From: Octopus sinensis
Taxonomy: Eukaryota
Direction of reading: 5' to 3'
Assembly: GCF_006345805.1 (NCBI RefSeq)
Contig: NC_043003.1
Coordinates: forward strand, 248,001-312,000
DNA length: 64,000 nucleotides
The position numbers and the translations under genes are program-made. Shown here piece by piece: positions 14,447-27,445 of this stretch. The notes under the pieces were generated by a model. The model saw nothing but the letters and a program-made list of their open reading frames with translations. It had not been told where the DNA came from and made no database searches. The stretch's first letter is position 1. Each line of letters opens with the position of its first letter.

Positions 14447-15152
14447 ATCCTCTCTACTATAGGCACTCGGCCTGGATTTTATAGGGAGGGGGTGAGTCAA
14501 TTACATCGACATCAGTACTCAACTGGTACTTAATTTATCGATCCCGAAAGGATGAAAGGCAAAGTTGACCTCCGTGGAATTTGAACTCAGAACGTAGCGA
14601 CGGGTGAAATACCTATTTCTTTACTACCCACAGAGAGGACAAACAAGGACAGACACACAGATTAAGTCGATTATATCGACCCCAGTGCGTAACTGGTACT
14701 TATTTAATCGACCCCGAAAGGATGAAAGGCAAAGCTGACCTCCGTGGAATTTGAACTCAGAACGTAGCGACGGGTGAAATACCTATTTCTTTACTACCCA
14801 CAGAGAGGACAAACAAGGACAGACACACGGATTAAGTCGATTATATCGACCCCAGTGCGTAACTGGTACTTATTTAATCGACCCCGAAAGGATGAAAGGC
14901 AAAGCTGACCTCCGTGGATTTGAACTCAGAACGTAGCGACGGGTGAAATACCTATTTCTTACTACCCACAGAGAGGACAAACAAGGACAGACACACGGAT
15001 TAATTTAAGTGCGATATATATCGACCCCAGTGCGTAACTGTACTATTTAATCGACCCCGAAAGGGTGATAGGCAAAGTTGACCTCGGCGGAATTTGAATT
15101 CAGAACGTAACGGCAGAGAAATACCGCTAACGTTTCTGTCAGCTCGCCGCCT
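14440..15152 (-). repeat. Tandem array of ~170-bp units derived from a second tRNA-SINE family (aaggcggcgagctggcagaa head)
   Basis: The cccgaaagg(a/g)tga anchor recurs at 14543, 14713, 14883 and 15056 (period 170/170/173). Related copies at ~640-818, 31590-31760, 43560-44180, 49358-49779 and 57795-58042. Confidence 0.85.
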
Positions 15153-15153
15153 A

Positions 15154-15250
<97 letters not shown>

Positions 15251-15251
<1 letters not shown>

Positions 15252-16698
15252 CGAAGCGATCAATGCATTAGCCATACCAGTCGTGACTTACAGTTTCAAT
15301 ATTGTTAACTGGTCAATTACTGAAATATGTCAGCTCGACAGAAAAATAAGGAAACTGTTGACAATGCATAGAATGCACCACCCTAAGGCAGATACAGAAC
15401 GACTCTATCTGCCAAGAAAAGAGGGAGACCGTGGTCTTTTGCAACTGGCAATAACAATGAAGATTGCTACAATTGGCCTTGACACCTACCTGAAAAACTC
15501 TGAGGACTGGATGTAAAACTTGTCTCAAAACATGAAAACAAGAAAGCATCATACTCAGTCACAAAACAGGCAAAGGAATATCTAAGTGAATTCCGAAACA
15601 ACCAACTTCGGAATTAGAGATAGATATACAAGAAACAAGCACAGAAAAAGCTAGGCGCATGAAAACCCGTGCCAAAACTGCGGCTTTAGATATCTGAATA
15701 ATAAATGGCAAGAAAAACCTCTCTATGGCAAATACCCAAAGAGAGCGAATAATGCAGATATCGACAAAGCCCTGACCCATCAATGGCTAATGGCCTCTGG
15801 CTTAAAATCTGAAACAGAGGGGTTTATCATAGCAGCTCAAGATCAATGCCTACCAACAAGAAACTACCAGGCCAACATATTAAAGAACGGCAGTAGCCCA
15901 ACATGTCGTGTATGCCGACAACAAAATGAAACCATTGATCATGTTGTCTCCAAATGCAGTCTTCTAGCGCCTACAGAGTACCTCAATAGGCATGATAGAG
16001 CTGCACAATATATTCACTGGGTAATTTGCAAAAACCTGGATTTGCCCCATGAAAAAAACTGGTGGGAACACAATCCACCTCCAGTCCTTGAAAATGACCA
16101 CATCTCACTCCTCTGGAACTTCACCATTCAAATTGACAGGAAGATAGATGCAAATAGGCCAGACATCATATTGAAAGACTTCAGACAAAGAACATGCCTC
16201 CTCATTGATATGACTGTCCCAATCGATATAAGCGTATCTGTCAAGACCTACCAAAAACTGAGCAAATAGAAAGATCTTGAAATAGAAATCAGCAAAATGT
16301 GGAAGCTGAAGACTAAAACAATACCTGTTGTCATAGGTGCCCGGGGAATGATAGCGAAAGGGACTGATTGCTACCTAACTCAGATACCAGGAAACCCCCA
16401 AATGGCAGAAATTCAAAAGATAGTGCTCATGGGAACTGCTCATATACTACGCAAAATACTCTCTATGTAATCCCAAGGTTTAAAACAAACTTTTTTTTAT
16501 TTTTATTTATTTTTTTTATTTTTTTAAATTTTTATTTTTTAAAATTTTATTTTTATGTATTAGACATTCACTAGTACAACACCAAAAACAACCCCCCCCC
16601 AAATATATGGCACAGAACTTCCAACCTGTTGTCTCTTGAGGTCTCTGGGTGAGACTTGGAGCCAACTTGTACAGACATAAAGCAAAAGTCAAACATAG
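15251..16698 (+). mobile_element. 5'-truncated R4/Dong-like element (family D): post-RT region, CCHC knuckle, REL domain, 3' UTR
   Basis: IEAINALAIPVVTYSF..RLYLPRKEGDRGL..ETEGFIIAAQDQCLPTRNY..CRVCRQQNETIDHVVSKC..RHD..RPDII..IDMTVP. Several stops. (TAA)n on both flanks. Confidence 0.92.
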
Positions 16699-16732
16699 AA
16701 TAATAATGATAATAATGATAATAATGATAATA

Positions 16733-16776
<44 letters not shown>

Positions 16777-16800
16777 ATGATGATGATGATGATAATAATA

Positions 16801-16841
<41 letters not shown>

Positions 16842-16895
16842 AATGATGATGATAATAATGATGATGATGATGATATGATGATGATGATGATAATA

Positions 16896-16975
<80 letters not shown>

Positions 16976-16976
16976 T

Positions 16977-17192
16977 AAAAAAAATATTCAGACAAATACA
17001 TAACAAAAACACCAGGACTTACAAACACATATAACATACAGAAAATTGCACTACTAGGCACTGCACACATCCTACGCAGAACACTTTCCATACAATAACC
17101 ATCAGAGCATCACAACAAATCACAGCACATACCCAAGGCACACAGAGCTGCGCTCGGTAGTGAAGTGAAAGCACGCTATAAAAATAAAACTA

Positions 17193-17195
<3 letters not shown>
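16977..17195 (+). mobile_element. Short 3' copy of family A R4/Dong-like element
   Basis: Only two visible mismatches against 7166-7384 over ~215 bp. Lies between TAA tracts. Confidence 0.93.
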
Positions 17196-17265
<70 letters not shown>

Positions 17266-17300
17266 TAATAATAATAATGACGATGATGATGATAATAATA

Positions 17301-17520
17301 ATTATAATTGGCGCACTTGGAAGTATCAGCATTCAACTACCAACATGGCTGGAAAAGATGGGTGCAAGTGTGAAGGTAGAACACCTACAAAAATCAGCAT
17401 TGCTTGGAACTGCAAGAATTCTTCGCAGTTTTCATGAAGCCTGACCAGTAAAACAAGTGTCACCTTAGTCTGCTGGCTGAGGACACCTGACCTCCTTTCC
17501 ATCATACCCAACAATACAAG
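17301..17520 (+). mobile_element. 3' tip of a fifth R4/Dong-like family (E)
   Basis: IIIGALGSISIQLPTWLEKMG...LQKSALLGTARILR* directly after (TAA)n. Confidence 0.8.
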
Positions 17521-18495
17521 CTGCGACAGAGCAGAGTCTCGTCCGACGGAGCAGAGTCTCGTCCGAAAGGTCGACAGGCAGGATTCACTTCGGTGGGATT
17601 TGAACTCAGAGCGCAAAAACCGGAATAAATACTGCTAGGCACCCCAATGACTCTGACAGTTCGCTACGGCTACCACAATGAACCTTTACATAATTGTTCG
17701 TACTGCAAGAAATAACAACCAAATTACCCTTATATTAAACCTTGATCTATCTAGGACTACGTTAATGAGTTAGTGTCAAAATATTCGCCGCGTCATCTAC
17801 GACCTGGTCACCGACGCGATTTCTAGCGTTAAGGTAATATGCAGTAAGAATAAATATGAAGTGACTGTGGAAGAAAATTAATTGTTCTAAGAGTGGTGAA
17901 TTGGCATTTTGAAATCCTAGTTTTCCTAATTGGGTTACCTAACTGGCTGCTGGACAGGAGACAGGTAGAATTACTGAGGGGAGAAAGAGAAAGAAAAAGT
18001 TATGAGGACATCGAAATGTAATTTACTATTATCGACAGCTATATTTACTAAAAGATTAGTTAAATGAACTATTACACTCGTCTCACGAGTGTAATAACTA
18101 ATCAATGAACTTTCGGAATAGCTATCACTAGCTACATCAAAGCGAAAGAAAAGGGTAAGGAATTGGGTGACCATTTCCTTCTGTGAAAGAATTTTTTGTC
18201 AAAAGCATTTAATTTTTTGCTTTATTATTTTTTATATACAGCCAAAGAAATTCAAGTTATAAGAAATAATACTAGTTGATGGTTTGTATTTCAATATTTT
18301 ACACATAAACTCTACAGAACAGAGAAGTCAGCTCATAACATCATTTCTCTGAAAATTTCCTGAAGACAAGGTCTTAACCCCGAAATATTGAAATACAAGG
18401 TAAAAGTACACGCGTTCGACATGTTTTTGTTTTACTATTATTTTTTTAATTACCTTTTTGCTTTCCAATTCCTTTTGCAAATAAGTAAAAAAAAT

Positions 18496-18747
18496 GGCTA
18501 TCGATAAAAAGAAAATACTTAACGAAGTTTCTTAACAGCTGTCCACACAGGGAGATCTTTCAAACACTCAGGTAAGTTGTTGCTTTCTGAATCATAAAAT
18601 AAAGGTGAATCAACAAGAGTACTGGCCTCCCCCACCCATCCTATTCACCGAGAAAAAAAAAGAGCGAAAGCTTTTTTATCGTGTTTATGAAATATCTATC
18701 CTGAAAGAAGTATCAGTTTACGAAATCCCTTCTCTCGTATCTACTCT
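18496..18747 (+). repeat. Arm 1 of a ~250-bp inverted duplication (partner 20146-20400)
   Basis: Manual alignment with the rc of 20146-20400 shows 3 substitutions and a 3-nt indel outside the micro-exon candidate. Confidence 0.97.
18539..18571 (+). CDS. Candidate 33-nt micro-exon (LSTQGDLSNTQ in frame 0) of an unidentified gene
   Basis: ttcttaacAG acceptor and CAG|GTAAGT consensus donor; length is a multiple of 3. No homology recognised. Confidence 0.35.
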
Positions 18748-19245
18748 TCTTACTTGTGTGTATTTATTTATGGAAAGGAATGTATCGTGTGTTTGTAACA
18801 GAAACCGACGATGAGAAACTGACAAAGGTCGAGGTTTTAAACGCCTCTTGCAATATTTTTAATTTATATTTCTGCTTTAGAAAACGGTTTCAGTGAATCT
18901 ATGCCGATATGCGTGTATGTATACGTGTATACACACACACACACACAAAGATGCCAGCACTCATACGCACACATATATACACATACGTTTATATGTGCCT
19001 GTGGGTAAATATGCGTATACATACATACGTGTGTATATTTCTATAGACACACTCACACGTAGACACTCAACCGCGTACGCGCACACATGTATTGTATTTG
19101 TGTGTGTGTATATATAGTTATATGCATATATACATATATACATATATACATATGTATATTATATATGTGTCTGTATATACATATGTATATATATAGGTAT
19201 ATATATATATATGTAGATAAATGTATATATGTATGTATATGTATG

Positions 19246-19334
<89 letters not shown>

Positions 19335-20145
19335 TGTGTGTGTGTGTGTGTATGCATGTATATATGTATATTTGTATATGTAGCTGTAAAACTGGTGAGT
19401 CATCCCTCTGCTGTTCAGAGATTTTGCTGTATGTGATTCTTAAGGCTATTTAAACACACATACACACACACACGCGCGCGCGCGTGTGTATGTATGTATG
19501 TATGTATATATATATTATATATATATATGTTGCTGTTGTACATAGATATTATTGTCCATTAATATAGATGAAGTTCATAAAGAATGTAAGTGGAAATTTG
19601 ATATTCGGAGCCAAGACCGTGGTTCTTCTAAGCCAGCCAGGACTGCCCCGTACAACGTTATAGATAACCTTTCACCAAGTTTGCTAAATTTCCAAGGAGT
19701 TGCACTTTCCTTAGCTAATAGCGTGTACAGAGAATTATTTCAAGGATGGGTGATAGAGGATATAGATACGAATCGGGATACAAATACAAGCTTGCTAATC
19801 ATAGCAAAGTAGCATTGTGCGGTAAATACCTCTTCATAAATTCTGCCTCCGAATTTATCCTTCTACACGGTTCATTCTCACTGGAAACTGATAATCGACG
19901 GTTAAGATAGTAAAGTCTTTATGATATAATGGCTTTCGGACTTGTCCAATTTTTAAATGCATTTAATTACAAATATATAAGCAACGGCTCATGGCCTTGT
20001 GGTTAGGGGTATTACATTCCCGAGTCAGTATCATGGTTTCGACTCTCGGACGAGGTGGTGCGTAGAGTTATTGAGCAAAAAGTACATTTCATCGAATGGC
20101 TGTATGGGAAGACGTTGGCCTCCCAACCACATGGTTCCGTGTATC

Positions 20146-20400
20146 AGAGTAGAGACGAGAGAAGGGATTTCCTAAACTGATACTTCTTTCAGGATAGACA
20201 TTTCATAAACACGATAAAAAAGCTTTCGCTCTTTTTTTTTCTCGGTGAATAGGATGGGTGGGGGAGGCCAGTACTCTTGTTGATTCACCTTTATTTTATG
20301 ATTCAGAAAGCAACAACAACTTACCTGTGTTTCTGAAAGATCTCCCTGTGTGGACAGCTGTTAAGAAACTTCGTTAAGTATTTTCTTTTTATCGATAGCC
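20146..20400 (-). repeat. Arm 2 of the inverted duplication, interrupting a SINE
   Basis: Left flank cccaaccacatggttccg and right flank gtaagtgccttctacaatagcc resemble consecutive parts of the common SINE. Contains the second micro-exon copy at 20325-20357. Confidence 0.95.
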
Positions 20401-21975
20401 AATTACTGTAGCAGGTAAGTGCCTTCTACAATAGCCTGGGTCGAAAAAAAAGCCTTGGGAGTGGATTTGGTCGACGGAAACTGGAAGAATCCCGTCCTAT
20501 GTATATGTATCTATATATTTATATTATGTGTCTCTATGTTTTTGTGTCTGTGCTTGAACCCTACTAACGCTTGACAGTCGGTGTTGGTTTGGTTACACCC
20601 CCGCCAATTAGCGGTTCGGCAAAAGTGATCGATAGAATAAGTACCAAGTTATTTTTTAAAAAACGGTACTTGTGTCGATTCATTCGATAAAAAAAAATTC
20701 TTCAAGGCGGTGTCCCAGCACAAGTAAAAGATGAAAGATATATACGTATATATACTCTAGGATCTTGAAGAAAAAAAATAAAACACAAGGGCTAATGTAA
20801 CCTTTAGCTACACTTTTAAATAAAAGCCCGCGTGTTTGTGGCTGGAAAACGTTTGATCATGAGTCTGCATGACTGTTGCTCACCTTTGGCTGAATAAAAA
20901 CAACCAAGCAGTCTAGCGATAACGTCTAGAAGACTACAACGAAAATATCCGTGCATCTTTCCAGAATTTAAACCCAAAATACTTCAGAGTCCATAAACTT
21001 TTACTACGGCATTTTTTAATTATTATTTCTCTTTCATCTTTGTTTTCAGACCTGTTACACACAATATAACACAACGTTAAGCTGTGTGAGATATTTATTA
21101 AGAAGTTATTGGTTGGTGAGGAAGATGGCAGCAGGTTTTCGTCGGCTTTCTGTTTGCGTTGTACAGGTTTACTCACAAACAAGATGGCGCTTTGTATTTC
21201 AATCTTTTTTCGCTTCATACAAATATTAAATCAGATCTTTGAAATAAATTATACAGACAAGGACAAACACCGTGTGTTGCGGGTTGTCCGTTTGTCAGGA
21301 AGGGAAAGGATATTTAAGTCTAAAAGACCCCGGGGGAGTTTGATGACTCAGGTGTGAAGTCAGCCATCAAAGGCTAATACGCAGTGGCAGGTCAAAGGTG
21401 AGTAGACACAGAGAGGCGTTTCGAAAGGTGATAAGTTCAACGATTCAGATATGTAAACATAAAATACATACTTACATTACACACACACACACACAACCAA
21501 ACTGAACCACATGCACACACGCAACCACAGATACACACATACGCGTACAACCATACGTAAATACATGCATATACACACACAACCATACATACATATACAA
21601 TCATACATACATATATACACACACAACCAAACATACATACACATACAACGAAACCGAATCACATACACACAGAGAACCAGACTTACATACACAAACACGC
21701 ACAGGACCACACATACACGCAAACACACGCAACCAAATAAATACACATATACGCATGTGCCTCTCTTAAACACAGTTATATACATACACACCAGCTCAAA
21801 CGTATATACACCTGTTTGGGGGCGGGGAGTGCTTATGTACAGGTACATGAATACATATTTACATTAGGTATATATAAAGAAGTACACAAATAATTAATAT
21901 ACGCATGTAGCCATGAATTCGAGCATTCGTAATCTACATATTCGGATATATATTTATATACGCAAAATAAATATA

Positions 21976-22270
21976 GGTGCAGGAGTGGCTGTGTGGTAAG
22001 TAGCTTGCTTCCAGCCACATGGATCCGGGTTCAGCCCCACTGCGTGGCATCTTGGGTAAATGTCTTCTGCTATAGCCTCGGGCCGTCACAATCGCTTGAC
22101 AATCGATGCTGGTGTGTTTACGTCCCCGTAACTTAGCAGTTCGGCAAAAGAGACCGAAGGAATAAGTACTTGGCTTACAAATAAGCCCTGGGGTCGATAT
22201 GCTCGACTAAAGGCGGTGCTCCATCATGGTCACAGTCAAATGACTGAAACAAATAAAAGAATAAAAGAAA
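21976..22270 (+). mobile_element. tRNA-derived SINE (common family)
   Basis: Same head, body and tail as 10093-10452. Confidence 0.88.
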
Positions 22271-24942
22271 TAAGTAAGGACAGTGATACCTGGCAGTACG
22301 AGTTCAATTTGTTCCATGTCTGAGTTCGTCTTTCGATTTACTCGTTTTACAAATCAAGTTTCCTCATTGAAATTAACTAAAATCTAATTAATCTGTTCCA
22401 AGCCACCAAAACCACCCAAAGATAATTTCTTATGGGTTTTACAAGTAAAATGACAATTAAAAGAAATAAGTAAACTAGTTTTATTAACTCAGGATTTCCG
22501 CTCAAGACAAAAATTCGCACGAGCCTCGGCTCGTACAGCAAATTACTCGTACAATGGAGCACTCGTACTGCGAGTTTCTTCTGTATCCACGAGAATCAAA
22601 CAATAAAACTTGTTTGCAGGCGGAGGGCTGGTAGAATCGGTTTTCCTCCGGCCCTTTACGTTCTGAGTTTAAATCCCGCCGAGGTTACCTTTCATCCATT
22701 TGGAATTGATAAAACAAAGTACCAGTCATGTACTTGGGTTGATGTGATCGATTTAGCCCCTGCACTCAAAAATACTAGCCTTGAACCATGCAACAGACCG
22801 GTGCCCTGTTCAGAGGAAATGTCTTAATCTCGGTCATGGAAATCGGGTAACCGGCCCTGGGAGTCAAGCAAAAAGAAATATATGCATGAAAATATGTGTA
22901 TATGTGTATATGTATGCCATTATTCTGTTTTATTTCAAGATTTCTTGCCAATAGAAAAAGAGCCGGTTCCTAACCTAGATCCAAGGCTCCTTCATTGGAA
23001 TTTCAACATCAGCAATAGAGTATGTATGTATGTATGTGTGTATGTATGTATGTATGTATGTATGTGTGTATGTATGTATGTAAGTATGTATGTATGTATG
23101 TATGTAAGTATGCATGTGTGTATGTGTATGTGTGTGTGTGTGCATATCCTCCCACATGCACCCCATACACACATCTATATAACTTTTATTTTTTAATCTT
23201 CTACTTGTTTCAATCATTAGACTGCGGCCATGCTAAACCACGCACTGCTCACCAAGTAAGCTTGGTGGGGTTGCCGGTTTAATCGCCGACGACCCGACCA
23301 TGCAACAGCTTGTACTGGGTTACATGTTACCAGTAGCACTCGAAAGTGACCTGACAGAATATACATACAAACATACATACATACATACATGCATACATAC
23401 ATACATACATACATACATACATACACACATACATACATAACAGACACGCACATACATACATACATACATACATACATACATACATACATACATACATACA
23501 TACATACATACATACATACATACATACATACACACACACATACATACATACATAGCATGTATAATTTATTTTTCCGATGCTGTTCTTTACGAATGCTTCT
23601 TTCTATTAAACAGCTGCTTTGTAAATAAAAAAAAATCTAATTATAAAATACATATTTATGAATAGGAATCACTGAGTGAGTAAAACGTGTGGAAAATGGA
23701 GAATGTGACCAAATATCCGAATCTTAGTCGTTTAAATTAACAACAAAATGATTGAACGTCACAGTGGTGTTTGTAAATATGATAGAGATACACAACGATC
23801 AATCGAAAGAGCCTTTGTTTCAAGGATAAGGACACTTTTGAGTACAAAAGCGAATTGCTAGTGAATAAGGACCGTTGGGAACGTATTGTGTACCGACAAA
23901 AATTTGGAAAATTCATTGGTATGCGACTATTGTTGGCTGGTTACACTGTCTCCATTATAAATCTTAAACCGTTTCTTCAAATGGGTTTTTAGAAAGTTTC
24001 CTTATTGGGATATTTTCAAAGGTTTATTTGAGTGAAATTCCACTCGCGGGTAAAATTCCTCTCCTTGTTCTATATGGTTGCTCAATTTGCTGGAAATAAC
24101 AGCTCCAAATTCCTTTCATACCACACCTCATTCTTTTAAATAAACAAAGAACACATTGGATAATGTCCTAGATATGCTATCCTGTTAAAAGATAAGATAG
24201 CCACAGTTGGAATGGCTTTGATAATAGGTCTGCGCAATCAAGGTTGATAATGCGGTTAAACAGCAACAACAACAACAACAACTCCACCAACAGGAACGAT
24301 TAAGTATACAATATTTATAAGTTAAATCGAAACTATGCTGGAATAAACAACGACAATAAGCATAACAACATCACTAAAAAACCCATGCAACTAGAAGGGG
24401 GAGCGTCACGAACCATGGTTACTCGACCTTCTGGAAGTAGTAACCAAATCTCTCTCAAATCACATTCCATTTTCTTAAATAATAAAAGACACATTAAATA
24501 ATGTTATCGTAAAACTCCTTTAAAAAGACGGGTTGGTCGTGGATTTGATCAAATTTCCGTTCAATCAGAGTCGTCCAACGGCGAGATATGAACAATGGCA
24601 ATACACACGCGCGCGCGTACGGTCCTCCCCCCCCCACCACAGCAAAAGATGACGCAACAGTAATATTACATCAATTATATTATTTAGGTTAAGACTATTT
24701 GCCAACATAATGTGGCGGTCTTGGATGGGACGAATGTTATTGTTGTTTAGCCCCCAGGAAACGTCGTTTCGAGCTGGCTATACGACTCAATGTGTCCTTA
24801 TATGTTTCTATTTATTATTTAGGTTGTTGTTGTTGTTGTTTAGTTCCTGGTGAGATCTAATCGAGCAGATCAAAGACGTGTCACGAAAGATGTTTCAGCC
24901 TTGGTCGACTCATCACTTTTCCCATTTGTACATTCATCAGCA

Positions 24943-25400
24943 TCATCCTTCGACCAACCTATGGGTGGTCGGAACTCCATTGACAATCCCTTTCCACACT
25001 ACACGGTCCTGTACTGCTGTGTTCAGATCTCTAATATCCAGCCTTGAGTTCCGAGATACAGTATCTGAAACTGTCAGTTTCCCGGAGAAAACACTTCCGG
25101 AGAGATGCCATAAAAGCAGGGATGAGATCACCTCTTTCTCTGTTCAATGACAATGGCCTGCAAATTGCAGCCATTTCTGCTTTAGGTTGAGAGATATTGC
25201 TATCAGATTTCCGTAGATGTTACTAAGCGTTGGGTTTGATCTCCAACAGATCTTCTGTATCTTTCTGAGCAGTTTGGTGTATGTTCCATCTAGTTGTTTT
25301 TCTAAGGGAGCCGATAAAGTTCAGGTCTCTGATCCATAGAAAAGGACCGGCTCAATCAGTGTTCTAAATACTTTTAAAAGTTAAAATAATTTGTATATTA
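24943..25400 (-). pseudogene. Degenerate RTE/RTE-X LINE C-terminal fragment
   Basis: Minus-strand reading: EPVLFYGSET*TLSAPLEKQLDGTYTKLLRKIQ...LQFAGHCH...DLNTAVQDRVVWKGIV. Confidence 0.75.
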
Positions 25401-26405
25401 GAAACTCTCATATAGCATCTCTGTCGAAAGACATTCTGTGGATAAAAACATCTCTATGTGTCATTTATTATCTTTTTGCTATTGTCCTTGCTTGTTTGTT
25501 TCGTTATATATAGTATTTCCACTTGTTCTTCTCGTCCTTTGTACCTATGGTGCAGAGAACTTGTCTTTCCTAGTTATTGTACTTGTATTTTCTCTATTTG
25601 TGTTCGTCTATGATGTCTGCTCGTTTATACCCCAGCAGCCTATATTATTAACAGCGACAAATTGAACAATATTGTGGAATGGGGTCGAAATTGTGATGAT
25701 ATTTGATCGATAAATGATGAGGAGCTGAGCCTATCCGCGTCCAATGTATGTGCTTTGTCCTGTTTTCCTGTATGCTCGTTTGTCATCCTCTTGTGAAACA
25801 TATCTACGTCATTGTCCAATATATTCTTATTCAAGACGGAGGGATGTTTCGTAGCTATTTCTAAAAGGTTGAACGACGACATAGAGGCCTCAACGTTAGT
25901 TCATGTAACATTTTAGGCTGACTTTCTTAACAGAACTAAATTAGTTAAAAATACGCAAAAGCTGCAAGTCAGGTTCAAAGTTTTCTTCAAGCTTTCTAAC
26001 GGTTGTTGTGAACAACCCAGAAAACTAATGTGTGTCTTTTGGCAGCTGCAAGTCTATTCTTTAAAGTCGTTGCCAACATCTACTTACATTTTAGAACTGA
26101 GAACAGTTGTAAAGAATTCTCAGAGAAGTATTGTAATAACTCTTACGTTGAAGAGAATTGTCTGCTGCTATTTTTCTTCTCTCGTTCTGGCCAAAATAAC
26201 TTTGTTACGTAACGTCGTTTGTTTGTTTTGCTTCACATCTCTTATTTACTGAACAACCGCCTCCATACTAACTCCCCACCCCTACAAGTACGTACAACAC
26301 TCACAAACACCTACGTATACCATACATTTTTACCGTTTATTTTCTCTTCAGTATAATATATATATATACATGCATAAATACGTGGATACAACATGCATCC
26401 ATACA

Positions 26406-26449
<44 letters not shown>

Positions 26450-26688
26450 CTACCTACCTACCTACCTACCTACCTACCTACCTACCTACCTACCTACCTG
26501 TTATTTATGTCACGCTCAATAAGGGACGTAACTCAGAGTAATAAAAAGTGTCAGTGGCTGTGGTCGTAGTGGTGATGGGAAATGAGGATGGCGAAGACGA
26601 AGAAAGCGAGAAATGGAAAGAGAGAGTGAGAAAGACAAATATAGAGATAAAGTGAGTAAGGATATGGATGGAAATTTTGTGAGTTGTT

Positions 26689-26737
<49 letters not shown>

Positions 26738-26957
26738 TAAACATAGATGGATAGAGAGAGAGAGAGAGTTGTGTAACTGTGGTGTGCTTCTTCACTTAAA
26801 ATTGTTTGTGTTGAAGTGGGTTTAGTCAAGGCCAGTTCATTGTTTACTTTAATATCGTGGTTCCTTCTGTTTTTAACAAAATCTAACTTCAATAACAGAC
26901 ACACACACACACATGGCTATGTGTATGACTATCTATCTATCTATCTATCTATCTCTG

Positions 26958-27048
<91 letters not shown>

Positions 27049-27241
27049 GTTTCTTGTTTCAGTCATTAGACTTCGGCCATGCTGGGGCATCGCTTTGAAG
27101 AATTATTTAGTCGAATGAATTGACCCCTGGAACATAATTTTTTAAAGCCTACGAGTCTCTTTTGCCGAACTGCTAGATTACGGGGACATAAACACACCAA
27201 CACCGTTTTCAAGCGGTAGTAGGGAATAAACACAAGCACAA

Positions 27242-27317
<76 letters not shown>

Positions 27318-27445
27318 ACACTATTTGATATATTATCCAAGCGTTAAGCTGTGTGTATTTAATGCTATAATTGTACCTTAGAGTAAACCTAAAAATTCAA
27401 ATTTACTCTGCGCAAAATTATATGCGCGCGCGTGTGTAGGTATGC

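Noticed and set aside
25640-25882. 80-aa minus-strand ORF and 19552-19812 plus-strand ORF as genes
   Set aside because: Both are short, with no recognisable motif or convincing exon structure.
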